From contig JADIIX010000022.1 of assembly GCA_027604505.1 (NCBI GenBank), positions 124,001 to 188,000 on the forward strand: DNA of 64,000 nucleotides, in the 5' to 3' direction. Shown one piece after another: positions 13,269 to 26,804 of this stretch. The DNA is from Gonapodya sp. JEL0774. Taxonomy: Eukaryota. The notes under the pieces are model-generated. The model was not told the origin of the DNA. It saw only the letters and a list, made by a program, of their open reading frames with translations, and searched no databases. Every line of letters starts with the position of its first letter. Within the stretch, counting starts at the first letter, position 1. Position numbers and translations under genes: made by a program.

Positions 13269-15087
13269 CACTTTTTGCCTGACAATTTCGACTGGGCACA
13301 TCTTCATCATCTGAGTGTCGGGGGATCGGGAGCTCGTTTCGGTGCATGTGGTAGAGTTCTTTGCACAATCATGTATTTCTTTGTCAGGTTTTAGTGGTTG
13401 AGAACTTGTTTGGTCGCTGGCGGGGGAGAGCATTAGATAATGATTTACGCGTGAGTTTCGCACATATCTATATTGCCACTGCATTTGAATATGGGCGAAT
13501 GAGGTTGAGGGGAATGCGATCTGAAGACTGGGAGGACATTATGTTCAAAGATGAAAGGGTTGAGGAACACAAGAAGCGCAAATGACACGCTAACATCCGT
13601 CTCACACGCAATCAAATCGATAACGGCGTTGGACAGGAAAGAAAGTTTGCCTGTTTATTCTTTCATATTATTGCCTCTCATGTCCCGCACAACCGACCTC
13701 CAGAGATTGTAAGATGGGACATTGCACAGGCTGGGATTGAGGCAAGTTGTCTGCACACCGTCCAAGGCACGATAACAAAGTTGAGATGGTCAAGTTGTCT
13801 TCTAGAAATTTGTGATATGAGATGGCAACAACTCTACAACAATCTTTGTTTGTCAAGGTCCTTCCACACCAACGTCTCAAAAACAGAACACAGTGAACGT
13901 TTGCCACGCTGATCATAGCTGCGACGTTGCCCGGGGACCATCGCGGGGAGGTGTTCACTATCAGATCGCGGTATCGCACAATCGCGGTTTGTTTCGGGAA
14001 GCACACAGCCTGCGAAGCAACAAACACAAACCTCAATTCGGTTCCCATATCATGAAAACGTCAGAGGCTCGTATGGCAAATCTTCAGGCAAGGAACTGGA
14101 AGTGGAAGGCTCTGCCATCACAGAACTGAATTTGGCAAGCTTCTCGCACGCCAGCATCGAAGAACCGCCAAAATTTACGATAGAAGAGGCATCGATATAT
14201 ACTCTTTAATGATGACGTGCTGAAAAAGACACCCGCAAAGCCGGACAAACGCGACAGGCTGGTTGTTAGGTGGTCAAATGCAGAACAACCCACTCACTCC
14301 ATATCCGTCCATGTGGCCCACCCGGAAAGTTGCACTTCGCACACAGCCTATACGCGCTCGACTTATAGCGTTCGGCATTCCCGTCCGACCGATTATCGAA
14401 CACCCGCACCAAAGCCACGAAGAGCAATTTGGTCAGATATCGAGCTCAGCAGCAGTCGTTCAGAAACCCTCTTTTGCATCGGCGAAAGCTGGATGGAAGG
14501 GTCCATCGTGGGCGTTCGCGTGAGATTGTTGCACAAAAGCAAACGAAGTTCCAAGCCCTTTCAATTCGTGGCACAGCCCTGTCTTCGCAAACAACTACAA
14601 GCTCATTGAACGAGAAAATATTGATTGAATACTTGAACTGAGAAACATTCAACAATAAGAGAAGAGTAGATTCACTATCTCATGAGGTCGGTTCTCCTGG
14701 TTTTCAACATCATAGATTTAAAATGGGAAGCATCAAATTCAAATTTGCAGACTGTTTGTTGATATCGCGGCATTCCTCTGAGCGCTTAACTGAAATTCCA
14801 TTTCTGGGATAATTGTGCACCTGCATCATGCGTGAGTGGTGGATGTCACCAAGAAGACTCGCACTGGGAGGCAACCAAGCTCGACGACTTTCCGAGCATG
14901 GCGTTCATTCCTGTCGCTACCGAAAGCATCGATCGTCAGCACGAGACATCTGAGTGTCATGGTAAGCAGCCTATCTTGGTGGTCCTGTGTCAAAATGAAT
15001 ACGTACGTCTGACGGGCATCATCGCCGATCCTAGAAACAATTACAGTAAGAAGTAGATTGAATCAGTATTTTGAGGAAAAACAGAGG

Positions 15088-16634
15088 ATGGCCAGACGTC
15101 GGCACGCCCCTGCATCAGTCGGCTGCGATGCAGCGGTCTCTCTCCCAAACTCCATGCCCGATCCCCAGCAGCCTGTCCACCCTACAGGTCGAAATGACCT
15201 TGACACTACTGTACAGCGAGCTACGGAATCACATCTGCGAGATAACGCTGGTGAGTTGGAGCTCTTTGGAAGGAACGGCAGTCATACCCCAATGTTGATG
15301 TTCGGTCCCCCTTCTGTTCCATCAAACAACGCACGATGAAGCCGATATTATTCGTGGAATAATATCAAGTTCGTCAAATGAGGTAGCTCCCGCTGCTCTT
15401 ATCGCGAATCAAGCGGATAAGGTATCGGAGCTCGAGCTTGCACTGTTGGACGGACGACGAAGGGAGGAGTCCCTTATGCGGCATCTCGAAAAGTGAGTAC
15501 GATGCTTGAATGTGGTTTTTGTGTTTTAGGTGCTAGATAAATGTCTCGGATCTTGCGCCCAACTATTCGGGTGACATTTCATCATTCAATATCGCCATCT
15601 ACTTTAGACTTCGGCAAGAGCTCAGTGACAAGACCGTGGAATGCACGACGCTTCAAGCGCAGCTGAGCTCCGTGGCTGCCCAACAGGCGCGCAACCGTCA
15701 CGAAATCGTCACCAAGACCGCAATGATGCTCGAATTACGGCAGCGGCTTCAATCTGATGCGGCTGATCATCAACGTGACCTCGAACGAGCAACCGAATGT
15801 GAAAAAGAAGCACGGAGGATTTCCGTTTTTTGTAGAGAACTCCTCGAAGCCACGAATGCCAGATTGGCATCGGAAGGTAATCTAAACGCAAACGCGAGTA
15901 CAATGATGAACGAGGACTCGGATCCAGGTGAACAATTTGTTTCTCAAGGAATATCTTCTGTTCTCGGAGAATCCGTGCATATCGCAGAAACGGAAACAAC
16001 ACACCATCGTTCTGTACCAGCACCTGCGTCGTCAGGCTCGGCATCTCCCCAACCAGGTACAATCGAGGCAAGCGACAAATCTAGCAGCACATCGATTATC
16101 GTCGGGGTCTCCGTGCCGAGTACACCGTCCACTGAATCTGAAGTTCCTCCAACCCCACCTCGCCGTGGCAACTTCTTCGCGTATCACTCTGGTGCAGCGG
16201 TTTTGGGCGTTGACATTGCATTTGGTTCCACGGCCACCACCTCTTTCGACAGCAACATGGACGACTACCCCATCGTGTTTGATTTCGACAAATACTCGCA
16301 GTCTCCCTTGAGAGATCCGGTTATGCAGCCCCAATGCTCACCATCGGCAGAAGAATAGGCGGAGTGGGGCCAGGCGCACGGTCATGAATGGGCAAGGCCG
16401 TCTGAATTAAGTGTGGGCTCCGTCCGGCACGTGACATACAGCGATGCACCCAAATCATCGGAGTCACCAAAGGACGAGCTCGGACCGAGTTTAAAGCATG
16501 CATCACCGATTGCGGGACCGCTCAGGGTATCGCGCAGGTTGTCCGAAGCACAGAATGAGGGGAGTAGGTTGGGCTCACAACCCTTTCCGTCACCTGAAAG
16601 TCAGAGGAAGAGGAAAGACACAGGGAGGATGTAG
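15088..16634 (+). pseudogene. Orphan family protein, copy 2, with an in-frame TAG at 16356-16358
   Basis: Collinear with 19080-20649; AEE-TAG-AEW where both paralogues have AEE-TGG; same frame stays open to 16634. Confidence 0.65.
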
Positions 16635-16889
16635 AGTGCTGAGTGAAGTCCGTGGCAAAGGCTGGAGCAGTTTCACCTTGGAATAGCTCTGAACTTGCAC
16701 TTGGTTGAGAACCATCCTCAAACAATTTCATGTTAAAATATTTTGTGTATTTACTTCTCACAAATGCGCTGCTGAACGCCACGATACATCTCAGTTTCTG
16801 GAATTATTACCACAACACACACAACACAGCAATACGTCCCTGTGCCATCGCAAGGTACTGCTCGACGTGACCTGCTCAGCCACCACATT

Positions 16890-17630
16890 TGCATTAGTAT
16901 GAGAGAGGGGGATGATGTGGTCCCCTTTGATCTGTTTTGTGATGAGTGAGTGTGTGCGGGACTATGAGCGATACAAGCAGGGAAACACCCTCGAGCCATT
17001 CTCCTTTGAGACCAATATAAGTTTTTCGGAACGTGTCAACGTCGTGTGCGCACGGAAAGATGACGGTGAGTTCGCGCATGTGGATGAAGTGCTTTGTTGT
17101 GCATGTGGGCGTGCGAAAAGAAGGTACAAGATGGAGGGAGGGAGAACTTTTGATAAGCGGTGGTCGGCGACAGGTTCAAGGCCATGACTCTTGTGCGCCA
17201 GTACCAACGAAACGAGGTACAATCCCTACACGGTCTCTGCCCGTCCCACCACACATACATGATCCACGCACCTGAGAGTTTGTCGGCCCCCGTCTAATAC
17301 ACTATGAGTTCCCTGGCGCTCCACCCCGGGCATGGGGGGTTCGCAGAACTTTTGGGGCACGGCGGATTCGCAGGAGGAGAAGTCGAGGTCGGTGTGGTTG
17401 CTGACGATTTTGACGAGTAAGATGCTGAGGACGTGGATCGGTGGGTTGGGGAACGGAAAGATATGAGCAAACCAAACCGTGGTGTGGAAGTGACTACGAC
17501 AGGCTGTACATACTCTTGAGGGGAATGTGCACAAGTAGTCGGTCGTCAGCGACGACGGAGACGAACTGGTGTGCGCACGGACAAAACATGGAAAGAGGTG
17601 TCAGCCTGTCGGAAACCATGTGTTGCTCTG
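16890..17630 (-). pseudogene. Decayed partial copy of the PITH-domain gene
   Basis: Remnants VSNHTDLDFSSCESAVP and TFRKTYIGLKGEWLE match the intact gene (FINRPDLDFSSCESTVP, TLRITYIGLKGEWFE); 17518-17610 aligns to 21841-21930; internal deletion, no 5' exon. Confidence 0.8.
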
Positions 17631-17847
17631 TCCACTGAATGGGATCTCGCCACCCAGCCCCCCAATAAGGCTCACAGGGACACCCATAAAGTCATAATTA
17701 AGCGACGAACGCAAGGAGTCCATTTATGCGCGGCTAAATCGAGAACACTAGGAACACTAACTCACTCAATGTATGTAGGCAGCACATATCAAGCCCTTTC
17801 ATCCTAGCTCCAGCTCCTTCCATTCAGCAATCACCCCCCCAAAAATG

Positions 17848-20800
17848 CAAAACACAAACACGGTGAACGTTCGCAGCGCAGACCATAGCTGCGACGTTGC
17901 CCGGGGACCACCGCGGGGAGGTGTTCACTATCAGATCGCGGTATCGCACAATCGCGGTTTGTTTCGGGAAGCACACAGCCTGCGAAGCAACAAACACAAA
18001 CCTCAATTCGGTTCCCATATCATGAAAACGTCAGAGGCTCGTATGGCAAATCTTCAGGCAAGTAACTGGAAGTGGAAGGCTCTGCCATCACAGAACTGAA
18101 TTTGGCAAGCTTCTCGCACGCCAGCATCGAAGAACCGCCAAAATTTACGATAGAAGAGGCATCGATATATACTCTTTAATGATGACGTGCTGAAAAAGAC
18201 ACCCGCAAAGCCGGACAAACGCGACAGGCTGGTTGTTAGGTGGTCAAATGCAGAACAACCCACTCACTCCATATCCGTCCATGTGGCCCACCCGGAAAGT
18301 TGCACTTCGCACACAGCCTATACGCGCTCGACTTATAGCGTTCGGCATCCCCGTCCGACCGATTATCGAACACCCGCACCAAAGTCACGAAGAGCAATTT
18401 GGTCAGATATCGAGCTCAGCAGCAGTCGTTCAGAAACCCTCTTTTGCAGCGGCGAAAGCTGGATTGAAGGGTCCACCGTGGGCGTTCGCGTGAGATTATC
18501 CATTGAAGCAAACGAACTCTAATGCCCATTCGTGTCCCTCAGGCCCTTTTCCAACTGCTGGCATTGCCCTCCAGTCTTCGCAAACCAACTGTTGCGGTAA
18601 ATCTCGTTGAACTAACAGAGACGAGTACATATTGATTGAATACTTTGAACTGAGAAACATTCAGCAATAAGAGAAGAGTAGATTCACTATCTTATGAGCC
18701 AGGTACTCCTGATGTTCAAGATGGAAGCATCAAATTCAATTTGTGATACTGTCAGTTGATATCGCGGCATTCCTTCAAGCGCTCAACTGAAATCCCATTT
18801 CTGGGAATATTGCGCACTTGTATATCATGTGCGGTGGATGTCACCAAGAAATCTCGTACTGGGAGGCAACCATGCCCGACGACTTTCCGAGCATGGCGTT
18901 CATTCCTGTCGCTACCGAAAGCATCGATCGTCAGCACGAGACATCTGAGTGTCATGGTAAGTAACCTATCTTCGTGGTCCTGTGCATGAATACATTATAC
19001 CTGACGGAAATCAACGTCGAGCTTAGAAACAACTACAGTCAGAAATAGATCGAATCAGTATTTTGAGGAAAAGCGGAGGATGGCCAGACGTCGGCACGCC
19101 CCTGCATCAGTTGGCTGCGATGCAGCGGTTTCTCTCCGAAACTCCTTGCCGGATCCCCTGCAGCCTGTTCATACTAAATCTCGAAATGACCTTGACACTA
19201 CTGTACAGCGAGCTGTGGAATCATATCTGCGAGATAATGCTGGTGAGTTGGAACTCTTTGGAAGGAACGGCATTCGTAACCCAATGCTTATCGTCGGTCC
19301 CCTTTCTGTTCCGACTGCCGCCAAACAACGCGCAATGAAGCCGATATTATTCGTGGAATAATATCAAGTTCGTCAAATGAGGTAGCTCCCGCTGCTCTTA
19401 TCGCGAATCAAGCGGATAAGGTATCGGAGCTCGAGCTTGCACTGTTGGACGGACGACGAAGGGAGGAGTCCCTTATGCGGCAGCTCGAAAAGTGAGTACG
19501 AAGCTTAATGTTTTCTCTATCTAATGGTGCCAGAAAATTGTCCTGGTCGTTGTGGGCTAATACTTCGGGTGACTCGCCATCAATTCCATTGTTCGGTCTG
19601 CCTCAGCCTCCGGCACGAGCTGAACCTTAAATGTACTGAGCGCGCAATCCTTCAAGCGCGACTGAGCTCTGCAGCTACTGAGCAGGAGCGCAGTCGTCAC
19701 GAACTTACCGCCAAGACCGCGATAATTGAGGAACTCCAGGAGCGGTTGATATCAAGCTCAATCGACCGTCAGCGCAACGTCAAACGGGCTACCGAATGTG
19801 AAGAAGAGGGTCGTAGAATATCCCTGAGGTATAACAAACTCCTTGACGCCACGAATGCCAGAAGGGCACCGCGCACGCAGTTCCAAGCTGCCGCGAGTAC
19901 AATTGTGGATGAGGACGCGGATCCCGGTGAGCAATTTGTTCCTCCTTGAGTCCCCCACCACTTGCCGTCATTCAGTGTTCGAAGCAGAAACGCAGATAAC
20001 AAACACTCCTACTGTGCCAGCACCTGCGTCATCGAGCTTGGTGTCCCCGCAACCAGGTTCAAGCGATACAAACGTCACATCTAATGGCACTTCGATTATC
20101 TTGGAAGCATCCGCACCGAGTACACCGTCCACTGAATCTGTAGTCCCGCCAACCCCACCTCGCCGTGGTAATTCGGCGTATCACACTGGTGCAGCGTTTT
20201 TGAACGTTAGCATTGCATCTAATTCCATGGCCACCAACTCCTGCGCCACCAACATGCACGACTACCCCATCGTGTATGATTTCGACAACTACTCGCAGTC
20301 TTCCCTTAGAGATCCGGTTATGGAGCCCCAATGCTTACCATCGGCAGAAGAATGGGCAGAGTGGGACCAGGCTCACGGACGGGAATGGGCAAAGCCGTCT
20401 GAATTAAGCGTGGGCTACCTCGGATACGTGCCATACAGTGATGCACCCAAGTCACCGGAGTCATCCAAAGACGAGGTCGGACCGAGTTCAAAGCAGGCAT
20501 CACCGATTGCGGGACCGTTGAGGGTATCGCGCAGGTTGTCCGAGGGAGAGAACGAGAGAAGTGGGTTGCGCTCACAACCATATCCGTCACCTCAATGTCT
20601 GAGGAAGAGGAAAGACACGGGAAGGATGTCTTTTCTTGAAGAGTGCTAATCGAAGTCCATGTGAGTTGTTGGAGCAGACTGGCACTGGAGCGCAGCGGGG
20701 TAGGTGCACTTGGGATGGGAGAGATGGTGGATGTTTGACAACCATGGTGTTTTGCAATTGACGTTGAAGTATTTTGTATATAATTTTTCATGCTCACAGT

Positions 20801-21960
20801 TTCAAGTGTGCTGGTGAACGCTATCAAACCTATAATGAATGTATATTGCCAATACAAACTCGACACGTCCCCTCAGTGCCTTCATCGCCGCATTCATAAT
20901 ATTGTACTCCCCAATCCCTGTTCTGCCTTCACTTTTGCGTGGTCTGCGGGGTTCGGTGAGAGTTCGTAGAGGGTGATGATGGGGTCCCGTTTAATCTGTG
21001 TCGTGATGGTGTCACGACGAGCTTTGAGTACCCGAATTCGGCATGGGTGCACGGCACGAGCGAAGACTAACCTCAAACCATTCCCCTTTGAGACCAATGT
21101 ATGTTATCCGCAAGGTGTCGGCGTCGTGGGCCGACGGGAAGAAGAGGGTGAGGTGGCGGATGTTCTGCGCGAAGTGAGTGAATTGGTTCGTGGTGTGTGT
21201 ACGTGCGGGGTGAAGGCGCGATATGGAGGCAGTGAGAGAGAGAGAGCAGTCAGTAGTCGTCGACACAATCATATCCTCGTGGTCGTGTACAACGGTAGCT
21301 CCACGACCGCAGCGGAATCCACACAAGGTTTCAGCACTTCCGCCTACACATATCACAGCCCACGCACCTGAAACTTTGTCATCCTTGTTTGGCACTCTAC
21401 GATATCCCGGACACTCCACTCTGGCCTGGGGAGTTCCCAGGACTGGTCGGGGACGGTGGACTCGCAGGAGGAGAAGTCGAGGTCGGGGCGGTTGATGAAG
21501 CTGTGGAGAGTGGGGTGGTGATGATGTGGATGTGAGTGTCCCGGACCGGGGAAACATGTGAGCGAACGGTGGTGGTGAGTTATGAAAAGTCTACAGTGAA
21601 TCAGACCAAACTCCCACACAAATCCGACTCTCCCATGACATTGATTCAACCCACACTTCTCACATGGGCAGTTGGGTCTTCCTTCCAGCGAGAACACTCT
21701 CCAGTTACCTCTCCACCTCCAACCCTTTGAAAACTTAGGCACTCAATCCCCATACACCCTCGAAACCCACGCGTTCATTTTCGCCGGCGCGTGATCTCCG
21801 GCACCTAAGACTGCTATGCTCTTGACTTTGACCGATCCGGTGAAGGGAATGTGGACGATGAGTTGGTCGTCGGCGTCGGAGGAGACAAACTGTTGTGGAC
21901 AGGGGGCGAAAAGGGTGAAAGAGTTGTCACCTCGTGGGTGACCTGTGGTGACTCCGGCGC
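17848..21960. repeat. Tandem segmental duplication, copy B
   Basis: Counterpart of 13878-17630; includes an intact orphan gene and the 3' part of the intact PITH gene. Confidence 0.95.
19080..20649 (+). CDS. Orphan family protein, copy 3 (apparently intact, multi-exon)
   Basis: MARRRHAPAS...SYLRDNAG, KVSELE exon, coiled-coil exon, then 19843-20649 frame joined by an intron starting GTGAGC near 19926. Confidence 0.7.
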
Positions 21961-22352
21961 CATTGCAGCTACATGGATGGAACACATAGCGCCAACCCTC
22001 CCACCCCATTCACCATCGCCACTCAAACTACAATTGGTATGTGGTTACTTACCTTTTCCGTGTCGAACCTCTGATCCCACGGCTTGAACACGGACTTGAC
22101 GTCACTCGGAGGGGTAGCATCGGCATTAAGGGCCCTGACGTTGTCCACATCAATGTGCTTGAACAGGGTCTGCTCATTTCCACGATCGGGACCGTCGTCG
22201 CCGTCGTGGTCGTGTCCGTGGCCGCCTGAGTGGGAGTGGCCACCGGCGTGGGAGTGGGAGTTGGAGTGGCTGGAAGAAGCTGTCAACTGTAACGAATCGC
22301 ACAAGTACTGAGAGTGCTCCCCAAATAACCCATCTCCAGAGGTGAACCTCAA
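20894..22352 (-). CDS. PITH domain protein (PITHD1-like), His-rich N-terminus
   Basis: TLFKHIDVDNVRALN, VFKPWDQR, FVSSDADDQLIVHIPFTGSVKVKSI, FINRPDLDFS, RITYIGLKGEW, PIITLYELSPNPADH. First exon not resolved. Confidence 0.9.
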
Positions 22353-22854
22353 GGTCTTTTAATCCCGTAAATGGAAAGGTACACTATCCCTTCGTGAAAC
22401 AGCTCAAAGAGCACAACCAGGTCGACGCTAACTTTGTAACCTCAACCTCCCTCAACAAAAGCGCTTACCCCATCCCTGAGCAAATTCTCAAAACGAAAAC
22501 CTTGTCTCATTTTGTATGTGAAACCGGCAACCGGGACAAGCACTTCAACAACCGAGTCCAGTATTCGCAACTTGCACATCCATAATCTAGATAATGAACA
22601 AGTCCCCGACTGATTCGACTAACTCATGCTCCGCCGAGGTTTCTTATTTCCTTCAACTCACCTTCCGTGACCTCCGTGTGCTTCCTCCGAACAGGACATT
22701 CTGTGAGATTTCAACAGCCTGCTCACTGCGGTCGTCCGATCTGAGTGCCCACTGATATGTGAGTAATAAATTGTATACCTCGAATCAAGTACCGCGAACG
22801 GATCCTCGCACCGCCGTAGACTGAACACGTTTAAGCAGCATTCTGTCCGGATCC

Positions 22855-25800
22855 GTGGATTTATGGATCAGCGCGGCGTGGATGTCCACCGCGATTCAAA
22901 TGAAACTCGATGGATCACAATCGTATCGAGAAGAATTCAATGAAGATGAGAAAGAGACAGAGATTCGAGATGCGAATCGTAGTGGAGTCGACAGGAATAA
23001 TCGGACAGTGAAGTGCGGGAATCCAAGTCCCCAAGGTGGTGGTGACATGGGAAGACCACCCACTCCACCGCCAAAGGAAGGACCCCTGCAGCTGCAGAAG
23101 CTCTTGCACCCGCACTGTCACAATCCTCTCAAGCACCACCCCTCGACTCACCACCACCACCCACTTCTCCACCGCACCACACCCCGCGATGTCCGCACCT
23201 TGCTGCTCAGAATCTCAATCGCATGCCACACGGCTTCACCCCGCTTCAAAGACGGCGAAAGATTGTGCACAAAAATAGACGATCTGAGGGACGCGTTTGC
23301 AATTAGAGAACATGAAATACAAGGTGTGGTTGGGACAGTGGCTGCAGGAGAACCGGCGGGAAACGGAAGAGCAGAATCGCCCGGGTGAGTTCAGAAGACG
23401 CTTGACCGGGCACGGCGCATCCAGCATGCCGGCGCGAATTGTTGACTTGAGGAAAATCGCCGAGAACACAAAATGCTCGCACTGGACCTCTCTCCCGCAG
23501 CTCCTATTCGGTCGCACAAGACCCAATATCTCTAGCACACAAAAAATCTCTTGTGCCAAGCTGGCTGATGCGAATACTCCTGGAGAATCACGTGCGGGTA
23601 TGAGTGACGTGACTCACATCAGCTCATCAAGACAGATGGTGGAGGCTCGGACATAACCGATCGCGGCTTCTTTATCGGCGATGCAAATTCTATAATTGAG
23701 TTGTGTGGCAGCTTGGAGGAGCGACAGGAGAATGAACTCACGGGATCTGAAGTTTGGATGGGATTCGTCTTGGGATGCACGCTGCTCTAATGCGTTCTCG
23801 CTAGCTCATGCAGATGCCCTAAAGCGCGAGACCATAAGCTCAGACGTCCTTTTTCGGTTGCCTCCATATACGTGGTTCCATAAATCACCTTCCTTCTTTC
23901 TGATCCGTCCACATCCCAACCCACAATAGCTCCCGTCCCACCTCCCCATCTTCTCCATCCACAGCCGTCTACCCTTCTCCCTCCCGCTCCCGCTCCCCGT
24001 CTCCGTCACCATCGCGCTGCCGCGGACGTTCATCTCACGTACTGACCACACCAACACCAGCGTCCCTCCAGGTTCAACGGTGCTTAGAACGCATGTACCA
24101 GGCTGGAATGGTTCTAGAAGCGAAGCTCGATCGGTGAGTTACGGGCTTCACAAGGATCGTGCACGTCGTACGTTACGTTGGAGGAGAAGCAGTGGATAGG
24201 AAAGGAACTGCTCGGTCTCTGGCTTGGTCTGAGATGGCACGTTCTGGATGCAGGCTGTTGATGGCGGCAATGAAATCGCCAATGCAAGCAATGGCTGACC
24301 TTGGTACATGACAACCAAAACTATTCAGTTAACCCCCGCCCTTCACCGTTTAGCATCTCCTCCTCGACCCTCTACGCCCTGTTTACACCCCCTTCAGTCC
24401 TCGAAAAGAAGTTGGACCGTCTCTTTTCCGAAGTGCACATGCAATGGTCGGATCTTGTACGTTGAAACGAGTCACCTCTGTTAGGCTACACATTGTCCAA
24501 CTGGCTTCCACACCTCACCAACCTCCTCTCCGCAACCCCCGTAGCTCCTCCACCTCTCGCTTCACGCCACCCACACATCCCTCTCCACATCCACCTCCAC
24601 GTCGCGCACACTTGCCCGTCTCGCCCTCGTCTCTGGCGTGCCGGACGTGGATCTTGACCTCGATTTGCGAGGCGACGAAGCAGATGTGGAGGTACTGGCC
24701 GCAAGGGCAGACGGTTGCTTTGATGGGAGAGGTGGGCAAGAGGTACGTATTGGGACTCACCGCTATCGTTCCCAACTCACAAACAAGTGGCTTCGGTCAT
24801 CCGCAAACGCTTAACCATCTTTTCAATCCACACTACTCGCCCACCCGTCCCCTCGTCGCCCTCCCACATACATACACATGCTCTCTAGCCGGATTATCCG
24901 CACGCATTCCGCCTCTACTCAGCCGCCGCACGACTCGGCCACGCGCGGGCGGCGCATCAACTGGGCGTCATATACGAACAAGGGTACATTGAGGGGGGGA
25001 CCGATATGGCCAAAGCAAGGTACTGGTACGGTGTTGCTGCGGGACAAGAGTATGTGAGTGGGGTGTCCTGTGCGAGGTTTAGATGGGTGGTTGGAGACAA
25101 ACGACAATTTTCATGGCGACGGACAATATAGGCTCCGTCGATGTACGCTCTCGCCATCCTCCTGGACCCACCCACAAATCCTCCAACCACTCAACTTGCC
25201 CCTTCACTGCACTGGCTTCTTCGCGCCGCCGCGCACCGCCATGCTCCGTCCATGGTCCGTCTTGGCCTTTTACTTGAGTCTGGCAGGGGAGATTCGTCGG
25301 GCCGTGGTGAGCCCGACCCCACCCGAGCCGCGGAGTGGTACAAGCAGGCAGCGGATTCCGGGTCGGCGAAGGGTATGGCGTGTCTTGGTGCTCTATTTTA
25401 CAAGTGTGATCCTGCATCGTCGAGCGGGTCGGGTGGGGACGCTGCCGAAGCTGCGGTGTGGTTCCGCAGGGGGGCGGAGTTGGGTGATGTGGACGCAATG
25501 AATGGGCTCGGCGTTTGTTACGAGCAGGGAAGAGGCGTGCCCAAGGATACGGTGGCAGCCAAGTATTGGTACAAGCGCTCGGGAGAGGGTGGGAGTGGCA
25601 GTGGATTGGGGAACTGGGGATGGATAGAGTTGTTGGAGGTGAGTTGAATTCTGGGGATTGTTGGGGTGACTGCATATGCATTGTGTTGCCAGCGCTTTGC
25701 TGATACAGTTCCGTTGTTTCTATGCGAGTAGAACAACTACGAAGAAGCAATAAGGTTGTTCACGCTGGCAGCCGCAAAGGACTGGTGAGTCTTGCAAGTA

Positions 25801-26715
25801 TGTGCATATTGAACCCGCCAAATGAGAACTGATTACTATCTGCACCAACTGTTTCCCAGTGCCGTCGCCCATTTCCACCTGGCCACCCTCCACAACTCTG
25901 GCTGCCCCACTCTCTCCGGCCCCCTCATCCCCCGCAACCCAGCCACCGCCTTCCACCACCTCCGCCGCGCCGCACTCCTCGATCACCCCCCTGCCCATCT
26001 CCTGTGCGGTGACGCTTTGTGCCGGGGAGAAGGTGTGGCACCCGACTACGAGCGAGCATTCTATCACTACCAGCGAGCGGCAGAATTGGGAGAGGCCGAG
26101 GCGATGGTGAGGCTCGCTCAGGCGTGGGAGGTAGGTCTGGGGTGTGAGAAGAGCGGGAGGAGGGCCAAAGTTTGGTACGAAAGGGCGATTAGGGTAGGGA
26201 ATGTGGAGGCTGGTTATCATTTGGGGGCGTTGCACGAAGTTGGGGAAGGGGTGAAGAGGAACCTCAGCAGAGCAATTGCGTGGTACACCGAGGTGAGCGT
26301 CGTGTCCAAAAGAATGTCATGAGCGTTGTTGATATTGAATCATCTCTTGGCCACTCCGATCCAGGCCGCCCGCCGCGGATCTAGCGCGGCACGCGACAGA
26401 CTCGATGAACTTCGTGATGTGGCGTTCGGGCCTAATCACGAACCTGCAGATACGGACAACTGGGATATGGAGACGCAAACAGACGTATCGGAAATGTCGG
26501 AGAGGGTCGGTAGGACGGTGAAGCGGAAAAAGAAGCGAGTGGGAGTTAAAGCGTCCAACGGGTCGAGCCAGCAGACGGACACGTCGAAGGAAATATTTGC
26601 AACTGCCGAAGGCTCTGGGTTGCAGACAATCAGAGAGATGAGCAATGTGCCTGCGTTGCCGAACACGGATGATGTGGATGCGATGTTGGAATCAAATGAT
26701 TGGGACATGGAGTGA
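22855..26715 (+). CDS. Sel1/TPR-like repeat protein (multi-exon, N-terminal extent uncertain)
   Basis: Many Sel1 repeats from 24.9 to 26.4 kb (AAEWYKQAADSGSAKGMACLG, AMNGLGVCYEQGRGVPKD, AGYHLGALHEVGEGVKRN); upstream plus-strand exons with GT donors at 23386 and 24133 probably belong to it. Confidence 0.75.
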
Positions 26716-26804
26716 AGCTTCTATGTCGGCTGGGCATAATTCTAGCAATTTTCGTAATGTTTTCGTGGTATTGTCTGGTATCATTGAATTCGTTTTGCCG
26801 TGGG

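Larger units (their letters stand above)
13878..17630. repeat. Tandem segmental duplication, copy A (offset about 3.97-4.0 kb to copy B)
   Basis: 13915-14527 is nearly identical to 17885-18497; collinear similarity continues through the orphan gene and a decayed PITH fragment. Confidence 0.95.

Noticed and set aside
13670..13745. Hairpin-rich stretch containing ATTGCAC (U1A-like loop)
   Set aside because: No U1 5' end (ATACTTACCTG) or Sm site; not assignable.
21166..21368. C/D-like boxes in a long PITH intron
   Set aside because: Poor box C, no convincing terminal stem, no recognisable rRNA guide.
13878..21960. Duplicated block as LTRs of a retrotransposon
   Set aside because: No gag/pol or transposase motifs and no TG..CA termini; similarity spans whole genes, consistent with segmental duplication.
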